Counted from the first letter of the stretch, positions 18,692 through 29,509 are shown. The stretch is 64,000 nucleotides of DNA from a bacterium (GCA_963662285.2 CAXXMV010000001.1:1024001-1088000), one strand, 5' to 3'. Notes: generated by a model not told the origin, from the letters alone. Made by a program: numbers and translations.

Positions 18692-20005
18692 TTATTGCAT
18701 CAACTCACGATAATAGAGGTTTGTTCGGCTATCTGGTCTAAATCCACGGTCGCCCGGTTTACGTCCCAGGTTGGCGTTCTGAACAGCGTTGAGAGAGCCG
18801 GTGGCATTGGTCAAAGAGGCCTGACGATCCACCCGTAAATATATAGGGACGACGCCGCGGATTTTCCTACTCTCTTCTCTTTGGTTTGCCCATCCTTTAT
18901 ATTCGATCTCAACAATTATCTTGACTGTACCTTCAAATGGCTTGGCCGGGAAGAAATAAACCCGTCCGCCCGCATCATCATAAAAATCATCCAAATCAAT
19001 ACGGCGGTTCATCATGTTTTTCCAGTTCCGGCTGGCCGGCTGGAATCCCTGAATGTAGCCAACGCCCTCAGCTTCACCGCGAGAATCGAGTGTAAACTGT
19101 ATAGTTGCATCTTTATCTATATCAACAATATTGATTTTTTCTCCATTTGATCCGATAACCTGCATATCAAGCGCAATCTGTTTACTACCGCCAGTTGTGT
19201 TTCGAACAGAAAAATCATCCGGTTTTACAATCAGCATCGGAGGATTAGCCACTATCTGAATCGAATCCGCTGTAACGCCTGGAGTCGGAGTCGGGGTGAC
19301 TATTCCAGGAGCAAAAGTAGGCGTCGGAGTTGGATCTTCACCTTTCTCTGTTGGCGTAGGGGTTGGTTCTGCAATCGTCGGGGTCGGCGTGGGATTATTA
19401 TCATTGCCGCCAATATGAGGAACCAATTGCACATTATCAATATAAGCCGGAGCAGCGCCATCATAAACAAATTCTATTTTTTTCTCGCTGTCTGTGGCGC
19501 CAGCGCCCAGATTCATATTCAATGTCAGAGTAGTTTCATTAAATAATCCCTGGCCAGTTTCAACAGGTATACCGGCAATCAGCATCCCACCAACAAAAAC
19601 ACGAATCTGTCCGCCCGGTGGAACTGCCGTACAGAATGTCAAATCAAACCGCACATAATTACCTTCTGTTTTGGGAACCGCAGCAATAGACGTCCCTGGT
19701 TCTAACGACAGGAAATAATTCTCGGCGCCTGAGGGGAGAACCTCTTTACGCAGCACAGGAGAAATTTCGCCCGGCAGCCAGCCAATCATTGGAGGAGCGC
19801 CGACAATGAGCGATCCCTGCTGAAAATCTCCATTGGTTATCAGGTTTTTTTCCGCATCAATCACCTTTTCGGTACAGCCTGTTTGAAAAGGCACAGCTGT
19901 AGGAGCTGGCGTAGGCGTTTGAGTTTGCGTATAACCTGGAGGCGCTGTATAAAACACTATACCAGCCGCTATCAAACTATAAATCAACCATCTTGTGGAT
20001 TTCAT
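18692..20005 (-). CDS. Secreted two-domain protein with Pro/Thr linkers; N-terminal CBM-like jelly-roll; last gene of the pseudopilin operon
   Basis: Signal peptide; NLITNGDF...YIDNVQL bounded domain; PTPTPT linkers; co-oriented downstream of the 2129-aa gene. Confidence 0.7.
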   Translation of the reverse strand: MKSTRWLIYSLIAAGIVFYTAPPGYTQTQTPTPAPTAVPFQTGCTEKVIDAEKNLITNGDFQQGSLIVGAPPMIGWLPGEISPVLRKEVLPSGAENYFLSLEPGTSIAAVPKTEGNYVRFDLTFCTAVPPGGQIRVFVGGMLIAGIPVETGQGLFNETTLTLNMNLGAGATDSEKKIEFVYDGAAPAYIDNVQLVPHIGGNDNNPTPTPTIAEPTPTPTEKGEDPTPTPTFAPGIVTPTPTPGVTADSIQIVANPPMLIVKPDDFSVRNTTGGSKQIALDMQVIGSNGEKINIVDIDKDATIQFTLDSRGEAEGVGYIQGFQPASRNWKNMMNRRIDLDDFYDDAGGRVYFFPAKPFEGTVKIIVEIEYKGWANQREESRKIRGVVPIYLRVDRQASLTNATGSLNAVQNANLGRKPGDRGFRPDSRTNLYYRELMQ

Positions 20006-20117
20006 GATTTTGATCCTTCCAAGCGATTCATCAAATTTATTTCCTCAAAATCAGCCGCTATAACCAAGAGTATCAAAAAAATCAGCGGACATCATATAAT
20101 TTATTAAAAAAAACAAA

Positions 20118-23100
20118 TTATCGTTGATAAATCGCCTCCAGCTTACGCTGGGCGGTAATATTTCCTTCGCTATCGAATATGCGTCCACGCGTAAGAATAG
20201 AAAACGCGCGCGAACGAACTGTAATCAGGCTTGAGATGCGGTTCATGACGGCTTCCATTTCCTCAGTTGTGAGAGGATCGTTGGTTCCAATATTTATCCT
20301 TTCGCGCAAGTCGCCCGGATAATCCTTCAGCAGATCTAACGTACGGTCATAGCGCACCCTCACCAAGTCAGCGAATCTATCTCGGCGCTTGAGGTGCATA
20401 ATCTGCGATAACAGAGTACCGGTATCCGAAAAAGGACCATCATCCGGATCGCTGACCTCAGTGGATAGATGAACATTGTTTCTGAGGTTACTAGCTTTGT
20501 CGCCTTTAACATTCTCAATATTCAGGCCCATACGATCAAAGCGTTGACTCTCGATATCTTTTAAATCTTTAAATGCGCGATAATCTCGTCCCACAGTCCT
20601 TAATTTATAATCAGTCATGGTATCGACTAATGTACGCGCATAACCAATCCGACTAAGGAAATCATCATCATCCAGGTTGTGAATTCCAAAATGCATATCA
20701 TGACCACCCGGTTGGCGTCCTTCAATAATATAATCGGCGCACAATGTGTTGAATTTATGGCGCGAGGGAATATCCTTCAAGCGACCGACGCTTTCCAATG
20801 GACAAAACGGAAGCGCGACCAGAACTTCACGCGGCGCAGTATTTATATTGATTGCTCCTGGAACAATGCCCTGAACAGCCGTGGTAATCATATTATAAAT
20901 CTGGGTATATTGGTTCTCCCATTGATCCAACCGTTCACGTTGCACCAGCATTTTGCGGAACTCCGGAGCGGCGCCAGCAATGCGTTGAACGATATCCGGC
21001 GTTGATAGTATTCTATTCCGAATCGCAGTAGCAATATCTTCGACTCGTTGAGGGATAATCGGCGTATTAATCGTCTCAAAACGATTGCCTGTAAACAGAC
21101 GGGATATCTCGCCCACTGTCGCCAACGGGCCATTCTTGACGTAAGCAGTATTATCGATAATATCCAGTTCATCACGCTGTTGGCCGGTCATATCCAAACG
21201 TCTTCTTGGATATGCTGGAACGTAGCCCGTGTTATCCCGGCCAGGCGTTCCTGCGAGAAGTACGCGACGCGCGATAGTATCGACGCTGTCTGTATCGCCT
21301 ACGCGTCCACGGCCAAATAACTCGATTCCCTTAAAGAAATAATTATCATCACCCATATTACCAACGTAAACGCCAGCGCCAGTTACATAATCTCCATTAG
21401 CTTGTGGATCCAAAGGCAATGGCAGTAGAAGTAAATCAGGACGGGTTTGTGCGGTAATAGTAGAATTATTGTTTAGCAAGCCCTGATCGCGGGTGCTCTT
21501 GCGCATAATGATCGTAATATCGATCTTGGCTTCTTCAAGCGATGATCCTATCAAATCCTGGCTCAGGTCTCTGAACCTCTCACGAAGATCAATGCTGAAT
21601 GCGGTGTCACCATTGCGCAGTTTAGAAAATACCGGTCGATGGACTCCATACAGAAAATTCTTATTGGCAGTATTGAGAACTTCACGTTTGGCTTTATCGT
21701 CGATATTGTTCAATCCTGGGTCCAAGGTAACAACAGCTGGATTAACCAGAACTTCACCAACCGGCAAATCGATTTCATAATTATCATCGTTCGGGCTAAT
21801 CGCCTTACGGCCAATCATCCTGATTGTCAGTTGATCATCAACATCGGGGTCATAACCGGCGCGAATCAGTTCGCGAACGCCCATACGCCATGTAAAGGCT
21901 GTATAACGGATCTGATTAGGCGAGATAACATCAGTCATGTTCTCAAACCCGCCGATCATGGAATAAAATTTGTTCTTTCCTATAACCGGAGACACGGCTT
22001 CTCTGGCGAAGGTATTGCTATCTTCAAATCGCTTGAATTGATTAGCGCCAGACATTTCATGAGGATACTGATAGAAATCGCCAATAAAATCCCACCCATT
22101 CCAGTGGGCGTCGTTTTCGGGGAAAGTATTACGATCCACGAATCTTGGTAAACGCAGACTGGGATTTTCGCTGTCGGTATCGCTTCCTTTGGAGGAAAGG
22201 ATATAACCACCAATTTGAGTTCGCTGAAAATCAGCGGTTGGATCAAGATCGAACACAATGGCATTATCAACATCTAACTTAATAGATGATGGAACCGTAC
22301 GTTCGCCTTCAACCGTTCCACTAACAACTTTCATCTGTGTATCAAAATGAGTCGGATCAGCGCGTTCAAAACTCTCCATGCCGCGATAACCGGGTAAAGC
22401 AATCAGATCAAAGTCCGTATCATTTCCAGGAATATCCACGATCACGTTATTAAAAGTAGTACGGTATTTAAAGGAATCTATGTAACCACCCGCCGGATCA
22501 TACAAAGTTACATATTTATCTTCGGGATTGTTGGTCAGAATATCTTCCTGAATATCCACTAATCTAAATCGAAGGTCGCTTAGTTGGGCTTTATTCAAAG
22601 GACCCACGCCATTTACGCTACTACGTATCAAAGCCTCTTCATTTTGCGCAATTACCGGCATCACAACGCGATTGGCGATGTCGGGAACATCAGGATAATT
22701 ATCCTTGATAAACGAAATCAAAGCATCTTTATCGTTGGCCAATAACAACTTGTTATCTTCCAATAACAGATCGGTCGTCGCGATCGTTCCGCCCGGATTT
22801 TTCAGATTATCCTTAGTAAGCAGAGGTTCAAAGGGAACGCCATTTCCCGGCAACCCGATGTTTGGCGTGATATCCCGACCGTCGTCATCTTCATAAGATG
22901 GTTTCATGCGACCGATGACAGTATCCTTTGGAAGAATGTAATGTCCATAAGGCGTATTGACCTGCCATCCGGAAAGGTCTATATCTTCAGTTGTCAGATT
23001 TACCAATTCGGTATACTGCACTGATGTGTTGATTAATTCGATGCGGTCAAAGGAAGTTTCATAAAAATCGCCTGATCCCTGTCCGCCAATAGGTGCGCCA

Positions 23101-26100
23101 GCGGTGATAGTAATCTTTAATTCACCATCGTTACGAACTTCAACGCGTTGATCAGTGTTAAAAGAATAAGGAGTTAAACGGTAATCCAAAGCCAATAACT
23201 GGTCATTGTAGATGGGCAGTACAGCTGTATCGCGTTTTATAAATTCTCTCTGAACTGGATCGAGAAACGGTCCGGTATTCGGCAGGACATCGCCATAAGT
23301 CGTATCGGATTTGAAAGTTATTTCTTCATCATTAAATTCATATCGCACTTCCGGTCGATATTTGTGATTGGGATGCAAATACAATACAACATAATAGAAG
23401 CCGGAAGGAATATTTTCGAAAGTCCAACTGGCTTTTTCAACCGGCTGCGTCCCGACCATCGTGGTCTGAGCTTGTGCAGGCGTCGCGACATTAGTTACGC
23501 CAAAGATAAATGCTGGCGCCATACTATCCATATTCACGACAGGCAATATTGGATTAAAAGTATTCTGGAAGCCCTCAGGCAAATAGGAATATCCCGGTAA
23601 AGATATACCACTGCCATCAGCATGAGGCGAAACAGCGCCCCAATTGGAATCGATCACGTTAGTAGTCAAGAATTTACCATCATCTCCAGCGCCGCCTTCT
23701 ACCTTAAATGATGCAGGAGAATAAGTAATTATAGTAGGATAAGGATTGGTCGGATCAGTATCGTTGAATTGGATGCTATCCAGCACTTCTTCCGCTTCCA
23801 AACGGATAACCGGCTTGGCCATAACTTCATTTATGCGAATCGCCTCAACCCCCTCAAACTTAACTGCCATTCCAATCTGAGCGGGATTGGGAAGAAGAAA
23901 GCGCATCTGCTCGGCGAACTCCTGCCGATCCTGCGCACTTCGGTTAGGCCCGGAAAATAAGCGGGGATGCATACGAAAAGCACGCTGACGGGTAGTATAA
24001 AGCGTAAACTCACGCATAGTGACCGGATCAGATAATACTGGATCATCTTTGGACCTACCCAATATCCTTCTTACATCAGAGTCTTCGCTAACCGGATATG
24101 GCGCCCATGCGTCAATATAATCAATCAGGTTCAGGGCTATCTGGAATTCAGGCGGATCTTCATCATAACGTCCGTCTTCATCATCATCATAAATTGCTAT
24201 ATAGCGCTCGCCAATTTCATCAACTTCGCCGTCGCTGTCGTTATCAACCCCGTCCCATTCCGGCGCGAACATCGCCGCTAGAACCTGGGGATCATAAAAA
24301 TCGGCGTATCCGTCAAAATCATCATCCGCCAAGCTGGAAAGCAACAAAGGATCAGTAATATCCGGTTTTTGAACTATGCGGCCTTCTTTTGTATCTTTAT
24401 CCGCTTCAGGATTACCGCCAAGACCGGGATAACCGTCTCCGCTCAGGTCGCCCCAGGCATCTTCACTGACATGCCATTCAGGATCATAAGCCAAAGATGC
24501 GTCACCATTGAAATCGCCGGTATCGTCGACCAATAGGTCTCCATCATCATCCTGTCCATTACCTTCGATCACCATGCCATAAATAATATCGGTATAGTTT
24601 TCATCCAGCGTTACAGCATCCCAACGCCGGGGAGAGAAATCTGCACCCTTTATATCCTTATCCCAACCGAGAATCCTCTGATTTTGATAAACCCGGTCGC
24701 CACTGGGGCTTAGTTTATCTTGCGGACCGAAGTCCCGGTCATAATCGCTGCCAGAGTCAAATGCCGGGGCGCCAACATCAGGTTCCCCGAATCCATCGAA
24801 ATCTCCACTAGCGTAATTGTTGCCATCCCAGTCATCGGAAGGTTCGTCAACCAGTCCATCGCCATCATCATCTATTCCATTGATAGTATTAGCTTCGGCT
24901 TCAGACTGCCAGTCGCCGTCATTATCAACCTGAAGCGCCAAGAGGTCTTCTATGTGAACTTTAGGGCCGTATTGAAAATCAGCCCGGTTCGCTGTTGGTT
25001 TGCTCAACGTCCAAACATCGGCGGCAAGCCAATTGCTGCTTAGATTAGGATTAATTTTGGCTACTTCGCTGCCTTTTGCGGAGAGCGGTCCTGATATCTC
25101 ATCGGATTGACTATAGATAGTGATCTCATCGCTCAGCATATCAAAGAAAGTCGGCTTTAACGCTGTATTGAGGTTCAATACGCCAACCATGCGTAAATCT
25201 TCTATAGTAGAAAACGGACGATCATCACCTTTAGGCTGAAAAACATCGAATTCGCTGGGATCGTCTGTACCTTCATCTTTTTCATCAATAAAACCGTCGC
25301 CATCATTATCGATTTTGTCGCCGGGTCGGTAATTGTCAGCATTATCGTGATCGAACGCTTTGGTAAGCGGTGAACCACTGGAGTTTTCCGTACTCGGTCC
25401 GATGTAGCGCTCGTCTTCTTCATTCATCAGGCTGTCGCCATCATCATCATAGCTGTTGCCTACAATTACATAAGGTTGACCGTCAAATTGAGTTAAATCG
25501 TTGAAAGCGTTGCTATATTTCTGAATTTTGACAATCTGTGGATTACCGTTATTGTTATCGTCTTGGTTATCTATTCCAGGTTGTTTAGTGGTTCCGCCGC
25601 CATTGGCGACATCACCATATCTATAGTTAACAATGGCTTTGGCCAAAGATTCGGCTGCAGTGGAGCTAAAATCACCCCGCACGATGCGGTTGAATAAAAA
25701 CAGAGGCAAATCCAGTTCTGAAGAGGACACGCCCAGATTATAAACCTGGCCATTCCCAACACCGATGTTATTTCCGGCGAAGTTGACATTGATCTTGGCG
25801 CTTTCATCGAATACGCCTAAACGGTCTCCATCAAGATCATAACCGGAACCAGCAGGGAAAAAGCCGTTGTCCCGCCGTTGGTCAAGTCCATCTTCATCAA
25901 TGCGGTAATCTTCATCATCATCGTTAGCATATTGATTACTATTGGCGCCGGCATCCACCTCGCCATCAAGGTCATCATCCACACCCATTAGCCCTGGCGC
26001 TTTATCACCTTGGCCTTGGCGCATAACACCGCGCATGCCGGTTACATCACCCGGAGGATCCTCGTCAACGCCTAATGGAATCGGCGTGGGGATAAAGCGC

Positions 26101-26507
26101 ATGCCTTTTCTTTCAAGCACTGAAGAAGGCCGCACATCCAACATATGACTGCGGGCGTCATAGGTTACATTATTGCCAACCCGGCCAGCGTATCCCACCG
26201 CCCATGGATCAAGCAGCGAAGTATATTTCGGCTGCGAACGCCCAAGCACGTAATGGGCTTTATCAGGATCCAAATCACGCGCCAATTGCGCCAATGCACC
26301 CTGAATGGCAGCTTCGGTAGACTCCTGGACGTTCGCGCTGGCTACATATTGCTGGAGGGTATTTTCTTCCATACGTATGGTATAGGTAAAACCAGCCAGC
26401 ACTACGGCGAAGATTGACAGTAAAGCCAGTACGGTCAGAAGCGCCACGCCGGACTCTTTAGCCCGTGCGGTACATGTGATTCGATGAGTATCCAGTTTAT
26501 TATTCAT
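20118..26507 (-). CDS. Giant GspK/PilX-like minor pseudopilin (2129 aa) with Asp-rich repeats and a lamin-tail-like domain
   Basis: ESG|VALLTVL prepilin site lacking Glu5; GspK-type motifs DESAKINVN, RPFSTIEDL, IALNLIDYID, ININTAPREVLVALP, ITVRSRAFSI..GR..RKLEAIYQR; LTD-like IRINEVM...ELVNL..IDLSGW. Confidence 0.8.
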   Translation of the reverse strand: MNNKLDTHRITCTARAKESGVALLTVLALLSIFAVVLAGFTYTIRMEENTLQQYVASANVQESTEAAIQGALAQLARDLDPDKAHYVLGRSQPKYTSLLDPWAVGYAGRVGNNVTYDARSHMLDVRPSSVLERKGMRFIPTPIPLGVDEDPPGDVTGMRGVMRQGQGDKAPGLMGVDDDLDGEVDAGANSNQYANDDDEDYRIDEDGLDQRRDNGFFPAGSGYDLDGDRLGVFDESAKINVNFAGNNIGVGNGQVYNLGVSSSELDLPLFLFNRIVRGDFSSTAAESLAKAIVNYRYGDVANGGGTTKQPGIDNQDDNNNGNPQIVKIQKYSNAFNDLTQFDGQPYVIVGNSYDDDGDSLMNEEDERYIGPSTENSSGSPLTKAFDHDNADNYRPGDKIDNDGDGFIDEKDEGTDDPSEFDVFQPKGDDRPFSTIEDLRMVGVLNLNTALKPTFFDMLSDEITIYSQSDEISGPLSAKGSEVAKINPNLSSNWLAADVWTLSKPTANRADFQYGPKVHIEDLLALQVDNDGDWQSEAEANTINGIDDDGDGLVDEPSDDWDGNNYASGDFDGFGEPDVGAPAFDSGSDYDRDFGPQDKLSPSGDRVYQNQRILGWDKDIKGADFSPRRWDAVTLDENYTDIIYGMVIEGNGQDDDGDLLVDDTGDFNGDASLAYDPEWHVSEDAWGDLSGDGYPGLGGNPEADKDTKEGRIVQKPDITDPLLLSSLADDDFDGYADFYDPQVLAAMFAPEWDGVDNDSDGEVDEIGERYIAIYDDDEDGRYDEDPPEFQIALNLIDYIDAWAPYPVSEDSDVRRILGRSKDDPVLSDPVTMREFTLYTTRQRAFRMHPRLFSGPNRSAQDRQEFAEQMRFLLPNPAQIGMAVKFEGVEAIRINEVMAKPVIRLEAEEVLDSIQFNDTDPTNPYPTIITYSPASFKVEGGAGDDGKFLTTNVIDSNWGAVSPHADGSGISLPGYSYLPEGFQNTFNPILPVVNMDSMAPAFIFGVTNVATPAQAQTTMVGTQPVEKASWTFENIPSGFYYVVLYLHPNHKYRPEVRYEFNDEEITFKSDTTYGDVLPNTGPFLDPVQREFIKRDTAVLPIYNDQLLALDYRLTPYSFNTDQRVEVRNDGELKITITAGAPIGGQGSGDFYETSFDRIELINTSVQYTELVNLTTEDIDLSGWQVNTPYGHYILPKDTVIGRMKPSYEDDDGRDITPNIGLPGNGVPFEPLLTKDNLKNPGGTIATTDLLLEDNKLLLANDKDALISFIKDNYPDVPDIANRVVMPVIAQNEEALIRSSVNGVGPLNKAQLSDLRFRLVDIQEDILTNNPEDKYVTLYDPAGGYIDSFKYRTTFNNVIVDIPGNDTDFDLIALPGYRGMESFERADPTHFDTQMKVVSGTVEGERTVPSSIKLDVDNAIVFDLDPTADFQRTQIGGYILSSKGSDTDSENPSLRLPRFVDRNTFPENDAHWNGWDFIGDFYQYPHEMSGANQFKRFEDSNTFAREAVSPVIGKNKFYSMIGGFENMTDVISPNQIRYTAFTWRMGVRELIRAGYDPDVDDQLTIRMIGRKAISPNDDNYEIDLPVGEVLVNPAVVTLDPGLNNIDDKAKREVLNTANKNFLYGVHRPVFSKLRNGDTAFSIDLRERFRDLSQDLIGSSLEEAKIDITIIMRKSTRDQGLLNNNSTITAQTRPDLLLLPLPLDPQANGDYVTGAGVYVGNMGDDNYFFKGIELFGRGRVGDTDSVDTIARRVLLAGTPGRDNTGYVPAYPRRRLDMTGQQRDELDIIDNTAYVKNGPLATVGEISRLFTGNRFETINTPIIPQRVEDIATAIRNRILSTPDIVQRIAGAAPEFRKMLVQRERLDQWENQYTQIYNMITTAVQGIVPGAININTAPREVLVALPFCPLESVGRLKDIPSRHKFNTLCADYIIEGRQPGGHDMHFGIHNLDDDDFLSRIGYARTLVDTMTDYKLRTVGRDYRAFKDLKDIESQRFDRMGLNIENVKGDKASNLRNNVHLSTEVSDPDDGPFSDTGTLLSQIMHLKRRDRFADLVRVRYDRTLDLLKDYPGDLRERINIGTNDPLTTEEMEAVMNRISSLITVRSRAFSILTRGRIFDSEGNITAQRKLEAIYQR

Positions 26508-26543
26508 AATTCCACTCTATTTATGCGTCGTTATATGCTTGCG

Positions 26544-27920
26544 CTACAGATTACCTATGCTCCGATAGTTATTCGGCAAAAATACTCTTGTTGAATATTG
26601 CTTAGGACTGTTTTCACGATCTTTATCTTGCACATAAATGGTGATTTCCACCATGTTGGGCAATCCATCTGTTTTTTGAGCTATGCGCTGATATACATCT
26701 ATAAACTGACTGTTCTGTGCATTCCTGACGCTGTTTCTCAGTTGACGGGGATCTTTAATCAGGAAATCCATCAGAACCCCCTGTCCACCGCCAGGTATCC
26801 GGGGATACATATCTTCTGGTTCATTTACAATCAATTTAGTAAAAAGGTCTTCTCGTACGTTATTTGAGGTTGGATCATATTCGCTGTTGCTGCTGCGAGC
26901 TAATTTGTTAAACAGCAACTCATCAGGACTGACCAGCGCTGTTTCGCGGGACGAATCCCACTCTTGAACCATGCGCCAGCCTCCCCGGTTGTAATCATAA
27001 TACCAATACCGGAAGCGCAATCCGCGAATATCATAAGACAACACCTGGAATATATGGCCGGGATTCTGATTAGTCGAATTTATTTCGCCAATGGCGCCGT
27101 CTTCCGCTCCATCATCCCAATAAAGTTCGGCTTGTTGAACAAAACTTTTTCTCATTATCTGCCCAATTGGAACAGGTTGAGCAACAAGAGGTTTGAGGGA
27201 AGCATCGTCAATGAACTGTCCAAAATCCAGCAGTTGGGTTTTCGTACTCGCTTGATTATTTAGGTTTAATACTTGACCGCGTCGAACCAGGCGTGTTCCA
27301 GATGGATCCAATCCATAAGAAATCTCTTGCAGAATAATATCGCCCGAACTCTCCACAGCACTGACAAAATGCAAAATATCGCTGGGAAAAAGACCAATGT
27401 CTTCATCTATGCAAGCCGAATCACCCGGATCACAGCCCAGCGGATCAGCGCCAGGGCTTTCTCCGCGCAATGCTTGTTGAGCACCGCCAGCATAATCCCC
27501 GTCAAATCCATCAAGCACCTCTTCATCGATCAAGCCATCGCCATCATCGTCTTTCCCTGCGCCAGGGACGCTGGAATCCGGCTCGACGACAATATCGCGT
27601 GAAATGCCTGCGAATCGTAACCGCGGACCTGTATTTTGCGATCCAAAACCACCAACGACAACAGGTTTTACCGAATCGGGCGTCAAATAAGCCGCCCGTA
27701 GTTCAGACGACATAAAATCTAACGCCGCACGCGCGGTCTCGTTAACTTCTAACCGGCGAACGGCTATATCCCGTGCAGTCATTACCGCGCGAAATGTTTG
27801 AGCCGCCATGCCCGCCAACATAGTAATCACGGCGACCGAGATCATTAATTCCACTAAGGTAAAACCGCTCTCTTGTCTTACCGGTTGCAATCGCGAAGCG
27901 GTCTGATCTTGAGCAACCAT
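26544..27920 (-). CDS. GspJ/PilW-like minor pseudopilin with an Asp-rich insert
   Basis: ESG|FTLVELM, ARAALDFMSSELRAA, LRFRYW...WDS, LPNMVEITI; GKDDDGDGLIDEE insert. Confidence 0.82.
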   Translation of the reverse strand: MVAQDQTASRLQPVRQESGFTLVELMISVAVITMLAGMAAQTFRAVMTARDIAVRRLEVNETARAALDFMSSELRAAYLTPDSVKPVVVGGFGSQNTGPRLRFAGISRDIVVEPDSSVPGAGKDDDGDGLIDEEVLDGFDGDYAGGAQQALRGESPGADPLGCDPGDSACIDEDIGLFPSDILHFVSAVESSGDIILQEISYGLDPSGTRLVRRGQVLNLNNQASTKTQLLDFGQFIDDASLKPLVAQPVPIGQIMRKSFVQQAELYWDDGAEDGAIGEINSTNQNPGHIFQVLSYDIRGLRFRYWYYDYNRGGWRMVQEWDSSRETALVSPDELLFNKLARSSNSEYDPTSNNVREDLFTKLIVNEPEDMYPRIPGGGQGVLMDFLIKDPRQLRNSVRNAQNSQFIDVYQRIAQKTDGLPNMVEITIYVQDKDRENSPKQYSTRVFLPNNYRSIGNL

Positions 27921-27982
27921 TGTTTTCGCCTTTCTTTCAAACCATCCTTATTTCAGAAGGTTCGATCTGCTTCAATTGCCAA

Positions 27983-29509
27983 CTACATACTCGACACAGG
28001 CCGTGACTGAAGCCCGCGCGGCTGTCCGCCGCTTAATATAAAGCCCTGGCTTGGATCTTTAAGATTAATAAATCCAACCAGTGTATATTCAAATTTATAA
28101 CAGTCCTCATCAATCTCGCCATCAAAATCGTTATCCAGGCCGTCTAATTTCTCTTCATCCACGCCCCAACTTATAGAACCATAGGATAAACGTTGACGAC
28201 GTATCACTCTTGGGTCATTTGGCACCAGATCATCACTGGCTTGTTTATCAATTTTTTTACTATCCCCATCGGTATCTTCACCATCACCGCCCCAGACAAT
28301 CAAAATCTCTATCCGACGCCAATTAGGCAATGGCGCAGCCACGCAATCTTCGTCTACCAAGCCATCCCGTCTTTTGGGAACTTGCGAGTATCCCCGCAAA
28401 AACGCCAAGCCGCGTCTTGTGCCTGAAGGAACAGGAAAATCGTAATCCAGGCCGTCAGGAATCTCTTCATCGATGAATCCATCTCCATCATCATCAATTC
28501 CATTGCCCAGGTCAGGCGAACCATCGCCATTTATATCGGTTATACCGAAACGGCCATCATTAGGTATGCGTCCAACTCGTATTTGCCAGGAATACTTTTC
28601 GAATGGCGCAGGAAAAGGGCAAGGGGCGAATGGAAAACAGGAAAGATCACAATCTTCATCAATAAGGCCATCGTGGTCATTATCAATGCCATCCCATATT
28701 TCCTCATCAATGCCCTCGTCGATTCGGCCATCGCCATTATTGTCTATACCATCTTTAACGGCAGGCAATCCCTGACGATCCGGCTCAAATTCTCCATCTC
28801 CGTCATTATCATATTTATCTCCCGCTAAAAGAGGCAACATGAAAAACTGCGATCCCATTACGCGCACTGAAGGCAAACGGCAATCCTCATCAATGAAACC
28901 ATCTTTGTCATCATCAATTCCGTTGGCAAACTCTTCATCCGTATTAGGTTCAGGATCATAATTATAATCGCCATCTGGAGCATCAGTAGCGAATCTGCGT
29001 GGGATATCCGTTAAACGCCTACTTGAACTATCGCCATCATCATCGACGACGCCATCGCCATCATCATCCAGACCATTAGGTTGAATACCAGAGAACCTTA
29101 AACCATCCGCTTCCGGCAGCCCATCATAATCATCATCGCTGGCGCGGTTATAATTCAAGTCATATTGAGGATTTGCACGAGAAAAGATACGATCCTGATT
29201 GAACATGATATCGTCGGTGTCATCATCATAACAATTGCCGGGAATAGGAATAATTATATTTGGACCCCCGGGAAGGATCGGGAAGTTTATCGGGTCCATC
29301 TTTAAACCCTCAAACATACTTTGCGCCAAAAGCGACGCCTTCGTCATATGCTCAGCTCTATAGCTAACTTCGATGCCATAGGGAAACACCTTCACTATAG
29401 ACAATAGCCCAATCCCCAGGATTGCAGCGGCGATAATTACCTCAAGCAGCGAAAAACCTGCTTGGCGGTAGTTTCTTTTATGTTTCTCTTGGCGGTTCGT
29501 GCCAGTCAT
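27983..29509 (-). CDS. GspI/PilV-like minor pseudopilin (508 aa) made mostly of Asp-rich repeats
   Basis: QAG|FSLLEVIIA, ASLLAQSMFE, KYSWQIRV, RRIEILIVW; many DG.D.D.DG..DE(DC) repeats. Confidence 0.82.
   Translation of the reverse strand: MTGTNRQEKHKRNYRQAGFSLLEVIIAAAILGIGLLSIVKVFPYGIEVSYRAEHMTKASLLAQSMFEGLKMDPINFPILPGGPNIIIPIPGNCYDDDTDDIMFNQDRIFSRANPQYDLNYNRASDDDYDGLPEADGLRFSGIQPNGLDDDGDGVVDDDGDSSSRRLTDIPRRFATDAPDGDYNYDPEPNTDEEFANGIDDDKDGFIDEDCRLPSVRVMGSQFFMLPLLAGDKYDNDGDGEFEPDRQGLPAVKDGIDNNGDGRIDEGIDEEIWDGIDNDHDGLIDEDCDLSCFPFAPCPFPAPFEKYSWQIRVGRIPNDGRFGITDINGDGSPDLGNGIDDDGDGFIDEEIPDGLDYDFPVPSGTRRGLAFLRGYSQVPKRRDGLVDEDCVAAPLPNWRRIEILIVWGGDGEDTDGDSKKIDKQASDDLVPNDPRVIRRQRLSYGSISWGVDEEKLDGLDNDFDGEIDEDCYKFEYTLVGFINLKDPSQGFILSGGQPRGLQSRPVSSM

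Noticed and set aside
19270-19400. Short ggcgtcggagt/ggggtcggcgt-type DNA repeats
   Set aside because: They encode the Pro-Thr linker; not a CRISPR or regulatory array
24150-29250. Recurrent catcatc/ccatc repeats as a possible CRISPR or VNTR
   Set aside because: Irregular spacing and degenerate sequence; they are the reverse complement of Asp/Gly codons in the protein repeats
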